Shown piece by piece: positions 63,964 through 64,000 of a DNA stretch of 64,000 nucleotides; positions within the stretch are counted from its first letter, which is position 1, and each line of letters begins with the position of its first letter. The notes beneath the pieces were generated by a model. It was given only the letters and a program-made list of their open reading frames with translations, had not been told where the DNA came from and ran no database searches. The position numbers and the translations under genes were made by a program. This DNA is from Escherichia phage slur16: the sequence record NC_028248.1; one strand, 5' to 3'.

Positions 63964-64000
63964 GAAAATATTTTAGCTATTGCTAACAGGTTGTATTTCT

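Noticed and set aside
1-64000. CRISPR arrays, integrase or attachment sites, insertion sequences, rRNA genes
   Set aside because: No direct-repeat/spacer periodicity, recombinase motifs or transposase-like ORFs were seen anywhere in the window.

Overview
The window reads as a contiguous piece of a large, virulent tailed phage genome (probably an enterobacterial myovirus; family not determinable here). Coding density is high and there are no integrase, CRISPR or IS signatures. Three transcriptional blocks are visible. (1) 1-8604, minus strand: an early-type module with a Pif1/Dda-like helicase, a GHKL-ATPase fusion protein, a signal-peptide SleB-like cell-wall hydrolase, a MoxR/CobS-like AAA+ ATPase and several small unknowns, driven from a sigma70-like promoter at ~8645-8673. 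(2) 8684-15531, plus strand: small genes including a VWA/HExxH protein, three tandem paralogous ~80-aa proteins, a HAD-like phosphatase and Cys-rich proteins, ending at a bidirectional terminator (15542-15563). (3) 15579-63016, minus strand: a ~47 kb morphogenesis module running terminase, portal, scaffold, capsid, neck, sheath, tube, tape measure, baseplate, then at least eight fibre/spike genes including a 1878-aa giant protein. Seven tRNA genes (63063-63876, minus) sit under a strong promoter at 63935-63963. The most notable items are a ~319-nt non-coding insertion splitting the large terminase gene (candidate group I intron), an atypical 99-nt tRNA-like gene, a recurring TTGAC-N14-TGGTAAAAT promoter after terminators in the tail module, and a modular fibre set with paralogs and a stand-alone anchor domain. 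All functional calls rest on motif recognition by eye, gene order and size; no database search or RNA folding was run.
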